Assembly (NCBI GenBank): GCA_045120465.1
Contig: JBGVEW010000052.1
Location: 22,635 to 86,634, forward strand
Origin: Eubacteriales bacterium
GTDB lineage: Bacteria > Bacillota > Clostridia > Oscillospirales > CAG-272
Reading direction: 5' to 3'
DNA length: 64,000 nt
Each line of letters opens with the position of its first letter. Position 1 is the first letter of the stretch. Both the position numbers and the translations under genes were made by a program. Below, piece after piece: positions 1-10,252 of this stretch. The notes below the pieces were generated by a model, which saw only the letters and a list, made by a program, of their open reading frames with translations, was not told where the DNA came from and made no database searches.

Positions 1-1797
1 TGAGACTACCGCCAAACGGGGAAGCAGAGCACAGATCGCACCGTCCGACATTCGGGAAAGCTCCTCGCCCGTTAAGATCAGATCGTTTTGTTGATTGAGG
101 ATGCCGCAACGGCGCGCAATCGTTTCAGCGGTTTCGCGGCTGTCTCCCGTTATCATCACGACTTGAATCCCCGCGTCCTGAAGGTTTGCAACGGCACGCG
201 GTGCTTCTTTGCGAATCGGATCCAGCAAAACCACCGCGCCCAAATAGGAAAGACTCCCCGTAATGCGCTCCGCATGTCGTGAGGCATCGATTCCCTCACG
301 GGAGACTGCCAAGGCAAGTACCCTTCCGCCTTTTCGCGTTTCTTCGCGGATTGCCCGCTCGGCAAGAGAACGGGAAAAGGGGCGGATGCTGTTACCGTAC
401 CACTCGTCCGCAACAAAGGGAAGGATCCGTTCGGGCGCTCCGAACACAAAGGTGACCGATTCCCGTCCGCCCAACGTCACGGCGGCGTATTTGCGCGCGC
501 TGTCAAAGGGAAGGCGGGAGCGGATCTCGACACCGCGGGGAGCGGGAAGATGTAAAACGGACTCCAATAGCGCACGTGACGTGGCGTTGCCCCCAAACGC
601 GCAAGGCGTTCCGTCCGTGCTTTGCCCAACGGTGGATTCGCTCCCGAACCGAAAGAGCAGAGGGATCCATTCGGATACGCGGGAGCGGGAAGCACTCAGC
701 GCGGACAGCGTGTGCACACCGTTGGGGAGCAGGAGCGAGGAGACCTGCATGTGCCCCTCGGTCAGGGTGCCGGTTTTGTCGGTGAACAGAACGTTCATGC
801 TGCCCGCGGATTCGATCCCCACGGGCTTTCGCACGAGTACCTGATCCCGTATCATTCGTTTGATGTTAGAGGAAAGCACCACCGCCACCATCATCGGCAA
901 TCCTTCCGGTACGGAGGTGACCAGTACGGTCATTCCCAACGTTACCGCGCGGAGAAGATGGGGAAAGAAGTAATCGGGACTGGTGAACTTTAAAAGGATC
1001 AATTCCCGTTGCATTCCGCTATCCAGTACGAAGGCGTTGAAGAGATAGACGAGCGCTACCAATATCGAAGCCACGTATCCCAGAACGCTGATCTGCTTTG
1101 CTAATTTTGCAAGACGGCGTTTGAGCGGACTTTCGCGCGGCTGTTGCTGAATTTCGCGGGAGATCTCTCCCAGAAAGGTTTTGTCTCCCACGCGCTCCAC
1201 GAGCATTTCCCCGCTCCCTGACGTTACGGTGCATCCGCGAAAAAGGGCAACGGGCGAGGCGGGGGAGCGATCCTCCGTGTTGACGGGATACTTTCGGATC
1301 TCGCGGTTTTCCCCTGTCATGGCGGATTGATCGGTACGCAATTCTCCCGCAAGGAGTTGACCGTCTGCCGGGATCGGGTCGCCTGCACTGAGAAGAACGA
1401 TATCCCCAACCACGATCTCGGAGAGAGTGCACGCGCGTACCGCCCCGTTTCGCCTGACGTGACAAACGGTATTGCCGCTTTCTTCGGACAGGCGCGCAAA
1501 CGCACGTGCGGAGCCGTATTCCGACAGGGTAGAGATGAGCGTGGCGAGAAAGACCGCGACACCGATGCCGGCGGTCTCAATCCAATCCGCATCGCGGAAC
1601 AACAGTAAAAGATTGACCGCCAGTGCGCCCAGAAGAATGCGGATGACAGGATCGTTGAGGTTGGAAAGGAATTGCCGCAAAAAGCTTTTTTGTTTTTGGC
1701 GGCTCAAAAGATTTGCACCGTTTTGCTGTCGGGATTCCTTGACCTCTTCCTCGGTCAGCCCCATCGGGGAGGGGGAATTGCGTTGCGTTTTGTTCAT
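1..1797 (-). CDS. Cation-transporting P-type ATPase (type II, Ca2+-ATPase-like). N-terminal ~599 codons only; the C-terminus lies beyond the left window edge
   Basis: My own minus-strand translation gives one uninterrupted frame from ATG 1797 (GAGGA 6 nt upstream) to position 1: MNKTQRNSPSPMGLTEEEVKESRQQNGANLL... It carries PEGLP, the phosphorylation motif DKTGTLT and VVMITGD. It is absent from the ORF track because no stop codon lies in the window. The short ORFs listed at 88-1608 overlap it and are noise. Confidence 0.88.
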   Translation of the reverse strand, partial: MNKTQRNSPSPMGLTEEEVKESRQQNGANLLSRQKQKSFLRQFLSNLNDPVIRILLGALAVNLLLLFRDADWIETAGIGVAVFLATLISTLSEYGSARAFARLSEESGNTVCHVRRNGAVRACTLSEIVVGDIVLLSAGDPIPADGQLLAGELRTDQSAMTGENREIRKYPVNTEDRSPASPVALFRGCTVTSGSGEMLVERVGDKTFLGEISREIQQQPRESPLKRRLAKLAKQISVLGYVASILVALVYLFNAFVLDSGMQRELILLKFTSPDYFFPHLLRAVTLGMTVLVTSVPEGLPMMVAVVLSSNIKRMIRDQVLVRKPVGIESAGSMNVLFTDKTGTLTEGHMQVSSLLLPNGVHTLSALSASRSRVSEWIPLLFRFGSESTVGQSTDGTPCAFGGNATSRALLESVLHLPAPRGVEIRSRLPFDSARKYAAVTLGGRESVTFVFGAPERILPFVADEWYGNSIRPFSRSLAERAIREETRKGGRVLALAVSREGIDASRHAERITGSLSYLGAVVLLDPIRKEAPRAVANLQDAGIQVVMITGDSRETAETIARRCGILNQQNDLILTGEELSRMSDGAICALLPRLAVVS

Positions 1798-1942
1798 TGT
1801 ATTCCTCGCGTGTTTTTTTATTTCATCATACGGAAAAGGCGCGTGAAATATGAAAAAACGGAGCGGATTTTTGCAAAACGCTTGTATTTCCTTGGCTGCA
1901 ATGGTATAATGGAAACGTTCACAAACTTTTTGGAGGAACGCT

Positions 1943-3970
1943 ATGTATTGTGTATGGATTCCGATCTATAATCGCAAATGGACAACTCGACAATTAGAGG
2001 TGATGGCAGAGCAGCTGAAATTGGCACAGCCGGATCTCGTTCTTTTGACTTACGGGCGTATTCTTTGCGACGACGCGATGCTGGAGGCGGAATGTGAAAT
2101 GTTTTGCGAGACCAAACGCTTTTTGGAATCGCACGGCTTTACGGTTGGAGCATGGATTGCACCTACCATTGGATACGGGATGCCTTTTTACGGAGATAAC
2201 CGTGCCGCTACGGAGTTTACACATATTCGCAGATTGCGCTCCGCCAACGTTCCGGGCTCTCCCGGAATGGAGACCGATAAGGTGGATTTCGGCCTTAGCG
2301 AAGGGGATACGCCGGGGGCGTTTTGCCCGTGGGACGAACGATTTGTCAAAGAGTTTCTCAAGGCGATTACCGCGTTGGCAAAAACGGGGGTCAAAACCAT
2401 TATGCTGGAGGACGACTTTACGCTCGGCGGCGGAAAGTTCTGGCATGACGTCGGTTGCGCGTGTGATGCTCATATGGCAGAATATAACCGTCGCGCCGGG
2501 GAGCGGTTTGAGCGTGAAGATCTTGCGCAAAGAATTTTTACGGGCGGCAGGAGTCGGTGGCGCAACCTTTGGATGGAGCTGCAAAAGGAGACCTTGGTGG
2601 AGCTTTGCCAAAAGATCGAGCGAGCGGTTCACGCAATCGATCCCGAGATCCGTATCGGATTGAGTGCCAACGGCTCTTCCTATGAAATGGAGGGCGTTAC
2701 GATCGAGGAATTGGAAACCGTGATTGCGGGAGATACCAAGCCGTTTTTGCGCCTGACGGGTGCACCGTACTGGAAGCAGGCAATGACGCTGGCACCTTGT
2801 ATCGAATCCATCCGCTTGCAGAGCGTATGGTGTGCGGGAAAGGGGATCGAGCTCGTTACCGAGGGCGATACCTATCCGCGTCCGCGTCTGTGGGTTCCCG
2901 CGGCACATCTGGAGGCATACGATATGATCCTGCGTGCCGACGGATATACGCATACGATTCTGAAATATATGGTGGATTATAATTCTTCCGCCGATTACGA
3001 AACGGGATACGTCAGCCGCCACCGTTCCAACGCGGCGCATTACCGCGAGATTGAGCGTCGCTTTAGCGGAAAGCAGACGGTAGGCTTGCACTTGTACGAG
3101 CGGGAAATGACCTTTGCCGATCGCGTGTTCGACGGGGACGTTTCGATTGACAGTTACGGTAAGATCGGATATATGCCGTTGGCTTCGCAATGGTTTCTCA
3201 ACGATAACAGTATTCCGATCACGTATGAATCCTGCGATTGCCCGTTGATGATCGTTGGTGAAAACGCGCGGTACGTTGGTGAGGAAGAGCTGAAAAAAGG
3301 CGCGATTTTGGATATTCAAGCTGCAAAGAGACTGATGGAGCGCGGGATCAACGTGGGAATCGAGTCGATGGAGCGCGTGCAAAATCCTTTCTGTGAGTAT
3401 TTTGAAGCAGAAGATCAGTACACGCTGGCATCCGTTCCCATGGAAGGTGTGTTTTATGAAGCAACCTTGAAAAAGGGAGCGATCGTTGACAGCGAGTTTA
3501 TCATCACCGAGCCGGGCTTGGGTGTCATTCCGCCCTTGGGATTGGATGGCAAAAAGCGCTTTCCCGCCGCGTTCTTCTATCAAAATGAAAAGGGAATGCG
3601 CTTTGCGATCTATTCTTTCCTTCCCGAAAGCGTAACCACCACAAACGAGTGGATTCCGGGCATCTTCCGCAACTATTGTCGTCAGCGTCAGTTGGCGCGC
3701 GCATACGAGTGGGTAGGCGGAAAATCCCTTCCCGCAATGTGTTTTGGTTCTCCCGAATTGTATATTCTTTGCAAAAAGGATCGGGACGAAATGGCGGTAG
3801 GGCTTTGGAATCTCTTTGCGGACGGCATTGTCGATCCCGTCATCGAATTGGACGATTGCTACCGAGAGGTGGATTGCTACCGCTGCAGCGGCCGTTTGGA
3901 AGGAAAACGGTTGATATTGGACGGAGAGTTGCCGCCTTACGGATTTGCATTCTTTACAGTTCGGAAATAA
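1943..3970 (+). CDS. Hypothetical cytoplasmic protein, 675 aa, family not recognised by eye
   Basis: Long ORF with GGAGG 6 nt upstream of ATG 1943. A TTGTAT-17-TATAAT (TGn-extended) promoter-like site lies at 1882-1910 and a strong terminator follows directly. No signal peptide or TM segment is seen. Confidence 0.75.
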   Translation: MYCVWIPIYNRKWTTRQLEVMAEQLKLAQPDLVLLTYGRILCDDAMLEAECEMFCETKRFLESHGFTVGAWIAPTIGYGMPFYGDNRAATEFTHIRRLRSANVPGSPGMETDKVDFGLSEGDTPGAFCPWDERFVKEFLKAITALAKTGVKTIMLEDDFTLGGGKFWHDVGCACDAHMAEYNRRAGERFEREDLAQRIFTGGRSRWRNLWMELQKETLVELCQKIERAVHAIDPEIRIGLSANGSSYEMEGVTIEELETVIAGDTKPFLRLTGAPYWKQAMTLAPCIESIRLQSVWCAGKGIELVTEGDTYPRPRLWVPAAHLEAYDMILRADGYTHTILKYMVDYNSSADYETGYVSRHRSNAAHYREIERRFSGKQTVGLHLYEREMTFADRVFDGDVSIDSYGKIGYMPLASQWFLNDNSIPITYESCDCPLMIVGENARYVGEEELKKGAILDIQAAKRLMERGINVGIESMERVQNPFCEYFEAEDQYTLASVPMEGVFYEATLKKGAIVDSEFIITEPGLGVIPPLGLDGKKRFPAAFFYQNEKGMRFAIYSFLPESVTTTNEWIPGIFRNYCRQRQLARAYEWVGGKSLPAMCFGSPELYILCKKDRDEMAVGLWNLFADGIVDPVIELDDCYREVDCYRCSGRLEGKRLILDGELPPYGFAFFTVRK

Positions 3971-3976
3971 GTGCCA

Positions 3977-4021
3977 AACAGCCGACTCGGGCGAGTGCCC
4001 GGGTCGGCTGTTTGTTTTTTT
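3977..4021. terminator. Bidirectional intrinsic terminator between convergent genes
   Basis: AAACAGCCGAC-loop-GTCGGCTGTTT hairpin followed by a T-run (tttgttttttt), with an A-rich 5' flank for the opposite strand. Confidence 0.7.
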
Positions 4022-5558
4022 ACATCAGCGGCGCAAAGATACGGCAGATATCCTGAAGGAGCTTGACGAAGAAGTTGGTTTTGCAATCCGCTTCGCTGAT
4101 GTGGCGACATTCGGAAAGCGTTGCGTGGAAATCCTCTTCAATGCGGGTGACCGATTCGGTGCGGTACAAACACGCGCCGCATTCAAAATGTAGGTACAAA
4201 CTGCGGAAGTCCATGTTGACCGTTCCCACAATGGCGAGATCACCGTCCGAGATAAAGGTTTTTGCGTGGATAAAGCCGTCGGCAAACTCATAGACCTTGA
4301 TTCCCGCCTGCAAAAGCTCACGGTAGCAGGAGCGTGTGGTAAAATGCACCATGGGCTTGTCCGGTTTTCCCGGAGTTACGACGCGCACGTCCACTCCGCT
4401 TTTTGCGCAGTTTTTCAGTGCCGTCATCAATTCGTCACCCACCATCAGGTAGGGGGTTGTGATATAGAGATATTTTTGCGTGCGCGAGATAGCGTGCAGA
4501 TAGACGTGCTCTCCCACGTTTTCCTTGTCCATCGGGCTGTCGTTATAGGGTTGCACCCAGCCGTCCGAGTTTTCTTCGTGTGTCGTACTTGAAAGGTACT
4601 CCGAAACGGTTTCCTCGCGTTTGACAAGCATTCCCCACATTTGCAAAAACATGACGGTAAAGCTTTCTGCCGCTTTTCCGCACAGGCGGATGGAGTTATC
4701 CTTCCAACGCCCAAAGCGGATCTTTTCGTCGATATATTCGTCGGCTAAATTGATGCCGCCCGTGTAGGCGATTTTGCCGTCGATGACAGCAATCTTTCGG
4801 TGGTCTCGATTGTTCTGGATACTGGTCAGGAACGGGTGAAAGGGGTTGAAGGCGCGGCACTTGATGCCGTCCTTTTCCAGTGCCTGCGCAAAGCCCGTTG
4901 GGAGTGTCATGATCGAGCCGATGTCATCGTAGATCACGCGAACATCCACCCCTTCTTTCACCTTTTGGCGTAGGATTTTTGCAATCGAATCCCACATGAC
5001 CCCTTCCGCAATGATAAAATATTCCAAAAAGATATAGCGTTCAGCGCGCGCAAGATCTTCCAAAAGGACGTTGAGCATTTCTCTGCCCGATGGGAAATAG
5101 CGGCTCTCCGTTCGGTCGTAAACGGGAAACGCGGCGGTGTTTTGCAGATAGCGTATCAGTTTTTGATCTTTGGGAAGCTCGTTTGCGGCACGCTCTGCCT
5201 GTTCCTCCGAGCGCGCATATCCCTCGCGTGCCTTTTGCGTGATCTTATCCAATCTGCGACGGTAGCCGTAGGATGTGGTTTGAAAATGAAGAACCCAGTA
5301 AAATGCACCGCCGAATACGGGAAACAACAGGATCAGAAATACGAGGGAGAGCTTAAAGGAATCCTTATCGTGCCGTGTTAACAGGTGAAACGCAGTGGCA
5401 ACGCTGAGAGCGGTCAGGAGTCCCGCCAACCAATAAAGCTGATAGGATCGATAGAGCATCACGCCGAGAAAAATCAGTTGCACGAGAATCAGGAGCGCTA
5501 TGAGCATACGTCTGCCGAAAATTTTACTGAGTCGGTTGCGGTGCTTATGTGTTTGCAA
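4020..5558 (-). CDS. cls: Cardiolipin synthase (phospholipase D family, two HKD motifs)
   Basis: HRKIAVIDGKIAYTGGINLADEY and HAKTFISDGDLAIVGTVNMDFRS HKD motifs, with two N-terminal TM helices. Start moved from the track's TTG 5612 to TTG 5558, which has AAAGGAGG 8 nt upstream. Confidence 0.9.
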   Translation of the reverse strand: MQTHKHRNRLSKIFGRRMLIALLILVQLIFLGVMLYRSYQLYWLAGLLTALSVATAFHLLTRHDKDSFKLSLVFLILLFPVFGGAFYWVLHFQTTSYGYRRRLDKITQKAREGYARSEEQAERAANELPKDQKLIRYLQNTAAFPVYDRTESRYFPSGREMLNVLLEDLARAERYIFLEYFIIAEGVMWDSIAKILRQKVKEGVDVRVIYDDIGSIMTLPTGFAQALEKDGIKCRAFNPFHPFLTSIQNNRDHRKIAVIDGKIAYTGGINLADEYIDEKIRFGRWKDNSIRLCGKAAESFTVMFLQMWGMLVKREETVSEYLSSTTHEENSDGWVQPYNDSPMDKENVGEHVYLHAISRTQKYLYITTPYLMVGDELMTALKNCAKSGVDVRVVTPGKPDKPMVHFTTRSCYRELLQAGIKVYEFADGFIHAKTFISDGDLAIVGTVNMDFRSLYLHFECGACLYRTESVTRIEEDFHATLSECRHISEADCKTNFFVKLLQDICRIFAPLM

Positions 5559-5641
5559 AAAGAGAACCTCCTTTTTTGAAAAAATAGAAAAATGCGGGGA
5601 AAGCAATCTCAAACAGTCGCTTTCCCCGCAAAAGGTCGGTA

Positions 5642-8600
5642 TCAGCCTTCGCCGCCCTCGGGGTTATCGACGAATTTTGCCATATACTCTTCGGGAGTGA
5701 TCAGAATCGCGCGAGGCTTTGAACCGTCGGGAGGAGATACGATGCCTTCCGCTTGCATACGGTCAATCAGCTTTGCCGCGCGGCTGTAGCCGACCTCCAG
5801 CTTGCGCTGAAGGAGAGAGGTGGAAATGCGTTTTTCCTCGATTGCGATCCGAACGGCATCGGCATATTTGTTGTCTGCCGCCTTGTCGTCACCGCCTTCA
5901 GGCGAGGGAACGAAGTCTCCGCCGCTCTTGCCCTTGTTTCCGCACTGTGCGGCAAGCTCCTTGAGCTTGGTAATAAAGTTCTCGTCGTAAACCGCGGTTC
6001 CGTTGGTCGCTCGGATGAATTCGCAGATTTTTTCGACCTCTTTATCGTCCACGAATGCGCCCTGTACACGGGTGTCGCGCATCGATCCGATCGGGACGAA
6101 GAGCATATCTCCGCGACCCGTCAGGGATTCCGCACCGATATGGTCGAGAATGACGCGGGAGTCAACCTGGGACTTGACCGCAAACGCGATACGGGAAGGA
6201 ACGTTGGATTTGATCAGACCCGTTACGACGTCGGCGGACGGACGCTGCGTACCGATGATGAGGTGCATACCTGCGGCACGCGCCTTTTGCGCAATACGGC
6301 AGATCGCGGTTTCTACCTCGTCGCGCGCGGTCATCATCAAATCGGCAAGCTCGTCGATAATGATCACGATGTGAGGAAGCGGAGGCATATCGGGATCGTC
6401 TGCCGTTGCGGCGTTATATCCCTTGAGGTCGCGCACGCCAACCTGCTCAAACAGTTCAAATCGACGCTCCATTTCCTCAACCGATGCTTGCAATGCGCCT
6501 GCGGCATCCTTGGGGGTCGTAACGACGGGTGCCATCAGGTGCGGGATGTTTTTGTAAATACTGAATTCAACCTTTTTGGGGTCGATCATAACCAGCTTGA
6601 CTTCGTCTGGAGTGACCTTGTAAAGCAAGCTCATAATGATGCAGTTGATGCAGACCGACTTACCGCTACCGGTGGTACCCGCGATGAGCAGGTGAGGCAT
6701 TTTGGCGATATCAAAGATCAAGGGTTCGCCCGCAATGCCGGCTCCCAGGCAGGCGGCAAGCTTACTCTTGGATTCGTTGAATTCCTTTGATTCAATCAGC
6801 TCGCGCAGATAGATCGTACTGCGGGTCTTGTTGGGAACCTCAATACCAACGGCATTCGTGCCGGGAATGGGGGCTTCGATTCGGATACCGCCCGAGGAGC
6901 GCAACGCCAGTGCGAGGTCGTCGGACAAATTGGTAATGGTGCGCACGCGCACGCCCGCGGAGGGGGTGATCTCGTATCGGGTAACGGTAGGGCCGTGGGC
7001 GATACGGGGCTCGTCCTGAATGCTGACGTGGAAGCTGCGCAGGGTAGAGGAAAGCGCTTCCATGTTTGCACGCAGCTCTGCCTCGTTTTCCTCGGTAATG
7101 GGTTCCTTGGGATGCAGATAGGAGATAGGCGGGAAGGTGTACTTTTTGGAAGCCTGCTTTACGGGAGGCTTTGCCACGGGCTTGGGAGAAGCCTTGGCTT
7201 CGTTCGCTTTTTCGGTCGGTGCTTTTTGTTCGATCGCGTGGGTAGGCTTTTTCGCGCCTGCGCGAGGCAGAGTGATCTGCTGTGCTTCCAATTTTTCAAA
7301 TTCCTCGTTGGTAAGACCAAAGTCCTGCTTTTGAGGAGCAACCTGCTTTAATGGGGTTGTGGGAGCGGTTGCCTTAGGCAACGGCTTTTGCGTGGGAGGA
7401 GTGGGGTTTTGTGCCCCGATCGGCTTTTGCGGTACGGGACGTGCCGCTGCAGGCATTTGAGCAGACGCGGGCGGTGTGCGGAGTGCTCCCGCAGGGCTCT
7501 GGGGGCGTTGTTGCCCCTCTGCGCGAGCAACGTCTGCGGGGCGCGCGGTAGCCGCTTGCGGTGCAACGGGTCTTGGACGCGCTCCTGCGAGCGGGACCTC
7601 GGGCGGAACGGGTGCGTGATTGCGTACTGCTTTGGCATCGGTTTCGTCAAGATCCACGAAAATATTTTTCAAATCAAAATTGCGGTCGGTACGGGGAATG
7701 CGGCGCGCCTGTCGCGGTTCTGCCATCTTGGGGAAGATGGGCTCCACGGCTGCGTCGCGGTTGGCGGTGGGGTCAAGCGGCTTTTTCTCCTGTGCTGCCG
7801 CAACAGCCGCGGCGCGTGCGCCCTGACGGATCGCCATTTCGCTGGCAATCGCTTCCTCGGCTTCCATTTCCGCCATCTTTTCGTTGACCGCGTCGGGAAC
7901 GAAAAGATCCTCACCGTCGTTGGGATCAAGGCGGGGCATGGGCATGGGAGCGATCTTTTCCTCGGGAGCTTTTTGAGGCGCGGTGCTCCGCAGAACGCGA
8001 ACCGCACCGAGGGGGGCTTCGGTTTCAAAATCGGTATCGTCGGTGTGAAGCTGACCGCTCGTGGTGCGGCGGATCTTTGCTTCGATCTTGGCGCGGTTTT
8101 CCGCTTCCTCGGCGCTTTGTTCGGAGTAGGATTGCGTGCGCTTGGGGTGCTTTTTGCGGCGGTTGCGCAGATAATTCCATAAATGCTGAGGCGTCATGCC
8201 AAGGAAATAGAAAAGGGAAACACCGAGCAGTAAGAAGCTGATGATCAACGCCCCTACAAATCGGCAAAGCGTGTACAAGAAATATCCGAGCTTGCCGCCG
8301 ATGAGACCGCCGCCCGTGGTTGCCGCACCGTGAAGAAACAGGTCTGCGGCACTGATGTCACGCAGCTCTGCGGGAAGTGCGATCAGGCAGAATACGTGGA
8401 TCACGGTTCCCAGCATGATGACAAAGACGAGAGACGCGATGATCTTGGAAATGGTCAATTTATGGTCGATATACTGCTTCCAGAAGATTCCGAGGTTGAG
8501 AAGAACCAAAGGCAGTGCAAACGCGGCAGGACCGAACGTTCCAAACAACCCGTAGCAAATGCCGTATCCGACAACGCCCATCCAATGATCGTTGGGGTCT

Positions 8601-9148
8601 TTCAAGCTGTTTTGCCAGTTACAGAACAGGTTGAGAAGCAACGCAAGTCCGATAAAGATCGCCAATCCGATCAAAAAATAGGGAAGGATCTGATGGATGA
8701 CGTGCGCGGAACGGGGAAGGTCGTTGCTCTCGCGCGGCTTATCCTTTTTATTAACGGTGAATACCGTTTTCGGGGGATTGGCGGTGGAGGAACGGATCGG
8801 TTCCGTTTCTGCTTTCTTGGGCTCAGCGGATTCCGCTTTTTTCTTTACGGGAGAGGTTGTTTTGCGAACTGTTCTGCCTCCCTCTGCCTCGGTGGTGGGA
8901 GCACTCTTTTTGGGCGCCCCTTCTTTTTTGGGGGGCGTGGGTTCTTTTTTCTCCGTGAGTTCGGGAGCGGGAGTCGGAGTGGGTCGCTCCTCGGCACTCG
9001 TCTGCTCTACCTTTGCGGGATTCGCAGGCTCAGGCTTGCTTTCGGCACGCTCAAAGGGAGTGGTGATCACGTTGCCAAACGGCTCGTCGTAAGCGTTGGG
9101 CTTTTTGACCTTTTTGGGCGTTGGAGTTTCTCTGTTTTGCTCTGCCAT
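5642..9148 (-). CDS. ftsK: DNA translocase FtsK/SpoIIIE
   Basis: Walker A GTTGSGKSVCIN, the FtsK motor core and a C-terminal gamma wHTH (ISTSLLQRKLEVGYSRAAKLID). Four TM helices are preceded by a ~160-aa P/K/E/A-rich tail and followed by a ~330-aa P/A/Q-rich linker. ATG 9148 is preferred over the track's TTG 9187. Confidence 0.9.
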   Translation of the reverse strand: MAEQNRETPTPKKVKKPNAYDEPFGNVITTPFERAESKPEPANPAKVEQTSAEERPTPTPAPELTEKKEPTPPKKEGAPKKSAPTTEAEGGRTVRKTTSPVKKKAESAEPKKAETEPIRSSTANPPKTVFTVNKKDKPRESNDLPRSAHVIHQILPYFLIGLAIFIGLALLLNLFCNWQNSLKDPNDHWMGVVGYGICYGLFGTFGPAAFALPLVLLNLGIFWKQYIDHKLTISKIIASLVFVIMLGTVIHVFCLIALPAELRDISAADLFLHGAATTGGGLIGGKLGYFLYTLCRFVGALIISFLLLGVSLFYFLGMTPQHLWNYLRNRRKKHPKRTQSYSEQSAEEAENRAKIEAKIRRTTSGQLHTDDTDFETEAPLGAVRVLRSTAPQKAPEEKIAPMPMPRLDPNDGEDLFVPDAVNEKMAEMEAEEAIASEMAIRQGARAAAVAAAQEKKPLDPTANRDAAVEPIFPKMAEPRQARRIPRTDRNFDLKNIFVDLDETDAKAVRNHAPVPPEVPLAGARPRPVAPQAATARPADVARAEGQQRPQSPAGALRTPPASAQMPAAARPVPQKPIGAQNPTPPTQKPLPKATAPTTPLKQVAPQKQDFGLTNEEFEKLEAQQITLPRAGAKKPTHAIEQKAPTEKANEAKASPKPVAKPPVKQASKKYTFPPISYLHPKEPITEENEAELRANMEALSSTLRSFHVSIQDEPRIAHGPTVTRYEITPSAGVRVRTITNLSDDLALALRSSGGIRIEAPIPGTNAVGIEVPNKTRSTIYLRELIESKEFNESKSKLAACLGAGIAGEPLIFDIAKMPHLLIAGTTGSGKSVCINCIIMSLLYKVTPDEVKLVMIDPKKVEFSIYKNIPHLMAPVVTTPKDAAGALQASVEEMERRFELFEQVGVRDLKGYNAATADDPDMPPLPHIVIIIDELADLMMTARDEVETAICRIAQKARAAGMHLIIGTQRPSADVVTGLIKSNVPSRIAFAVKSQVDSRVILDHIGAESLTGRGDMLFVPIGSMRDTRVQGAFVDDKEVEKICEFIRATNGTAVYDENFITKLKELAAQCGNKGKSGGDFVPSPEGGDDKAADNKYADAVRIAIEEKRISTSLLQRKLEVGYSRAAKLIDRMQAEGIVSPPDGSKPRAILITPEEYMAKFVDNPEGGEG

Positions 9149-9289
9149 TGTGATGTGTGATCCTTTCTGCAAGGTTTTTGAATTCAAAAACGCGTTGCAT
9201 ATATTTTATCTATAATCTTCCACTTTATAGTATAACATCTTTTGTTGCCGATTTCAAGGGTGTCTCGAAAAAAAGTGAATGGAAATGCG

Positions 9290-10141
9290 TCATTTGTGCG
9301 CTTTCGTTGCGGATTTGCGATAATCGCTCGGACGAATTCCGGTGCGTTTGAAAAAAAGTGTGGAGAAATAATGCTCGTCCATCACGTGCAGTTTTTCCGC
9401 GATTTCTTTGATGGGAAGTGTGGTGTTGGCAAGGAGTGCTTCTGCGGCTTCGATCTTGGCGCGCAGAAGATACTCGTAGGGCGTGAGCCCGTAATGCTTT
9501 TTGAAGAGACGGATGGCGTTGGATTTGGAGACGTGGATTCGCTCGCAAACGGTGTCCAGATCGATTTTCTGATAGATCGACGCATCCAATTCCTCACGGA
9601 TGCGGTAGGCGTCGGATTCTCGTTCCGCAATTTTGAGCATGGCGGCAAGCGACACCAACCGGTGAACGCAATCCGAAACCGTTCGGCAAGCCTCAGCGTG
9701 GGATTCGGAGTGCTTGACCGCTTCGAATGCGAGGTCAAAATATTTTTTTGCATCCGCACCGGGATAGATGCCGGATTGCACGCCGTAGGCGTTCAAAAAA
9801 GGAGTCAGATATTCGGCGGAGTAGTTGATCCAAAGCTTATGAAAGGGATGCGCCGCATTGGCTCGGTAGTGATGCTCCTCTCCCGCACGCAGAATATACA
9901 GCGTCCCCGCCGTGACTTTTTTCCACACCCCGTCAAGAAGGATCTCTCCCTCTCCTTCCAAAACGTATTCAAACAGATTGATGTTGGTGGTGGCAGGTCG
10001 GTCGATGCAATAATCTGCGTGCGGATAGGTAATTCCGACCACCGCGTGGTCAAACGGCGCGTTTTTTTGTGGAATCATGGCGTATGCTTTTTCTTTTTGC
10101 GGAAATTTCGGATAATGTTCATTTGCTTCAATTTTGCGCAT
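9290..10141 (-). CDS. AraC family transcriptional regulator (cupin sensor + HTH)
   Basis: N-terminal cupin-like region (EYVLEGEGEILLDG...YILRAGEEHHY) and a C-terminal AraC HTH pair (KHYGLTPYEYLLRAKIEAAEALL...FFKRTGIRPSDYR). Divergent from the GH2 gene. Confidence 0.85.
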   Translation of the reverse strand: MRKIEANEHYPKFPQKEKAYAMIPQKNAPFDHAVVGITYPHADYCIDRPATTNINLFEYVLEGEGEILLDGVWKKVTAGTLYILRAGEEHHYRANAAHPFHKLWINYSAEYLTPFLNAYGVQSGIYPGADAKKYFDLAFEAVKHSESHAEACRTVSDCVHRLVSLAAMLKIAERESDAYRIREELDASIYQKIDLDTVCERIHVSKSNAIRLFKKHYGLTPYEYLLRAKIEAAEALLANTTLPIKEIAEKLHVMDEHYFSTLFFKRTGIRPSDYRKSATKAHK

Positions 10142-10252
10142 ATCTCACACCTTTTTGAGTATATTTTGTATTGTAATCAGGGCTTGTACTCATTATAATA
10201 GATGCGAGGGAAAAAGGCAATAGGTTTTGCCGAAAAGAAAGGAGATTTTTTT

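Noticed and set aside
88-1608. Cluster of short overlapping ORFs (64-193 aa) listed on both strands at the left edge
   Set aside because: They are out-of-frame or antisense pieces of the edge-truncated P-type ATPase gene (minus strand, 1-1797). That gene reads through uninterrupted with DKTGTLT and MITGD motifs.
1994-3583. 529-aa minus-strand ORF antisense to the 675-aa gene. Similar shadows lie at 5753-6790, 16048-17214, 25927-26934, 29604-30875, 40952-42103, 47533-48768, 55485-56741, 60651-61766 and 62049-63353
   Set aside because: All lie fully inside stronger sense genes with recognisable domains. All have R/G/A-rich, motif-free translations and lack RBSs. Same codon-bias explanation as above.
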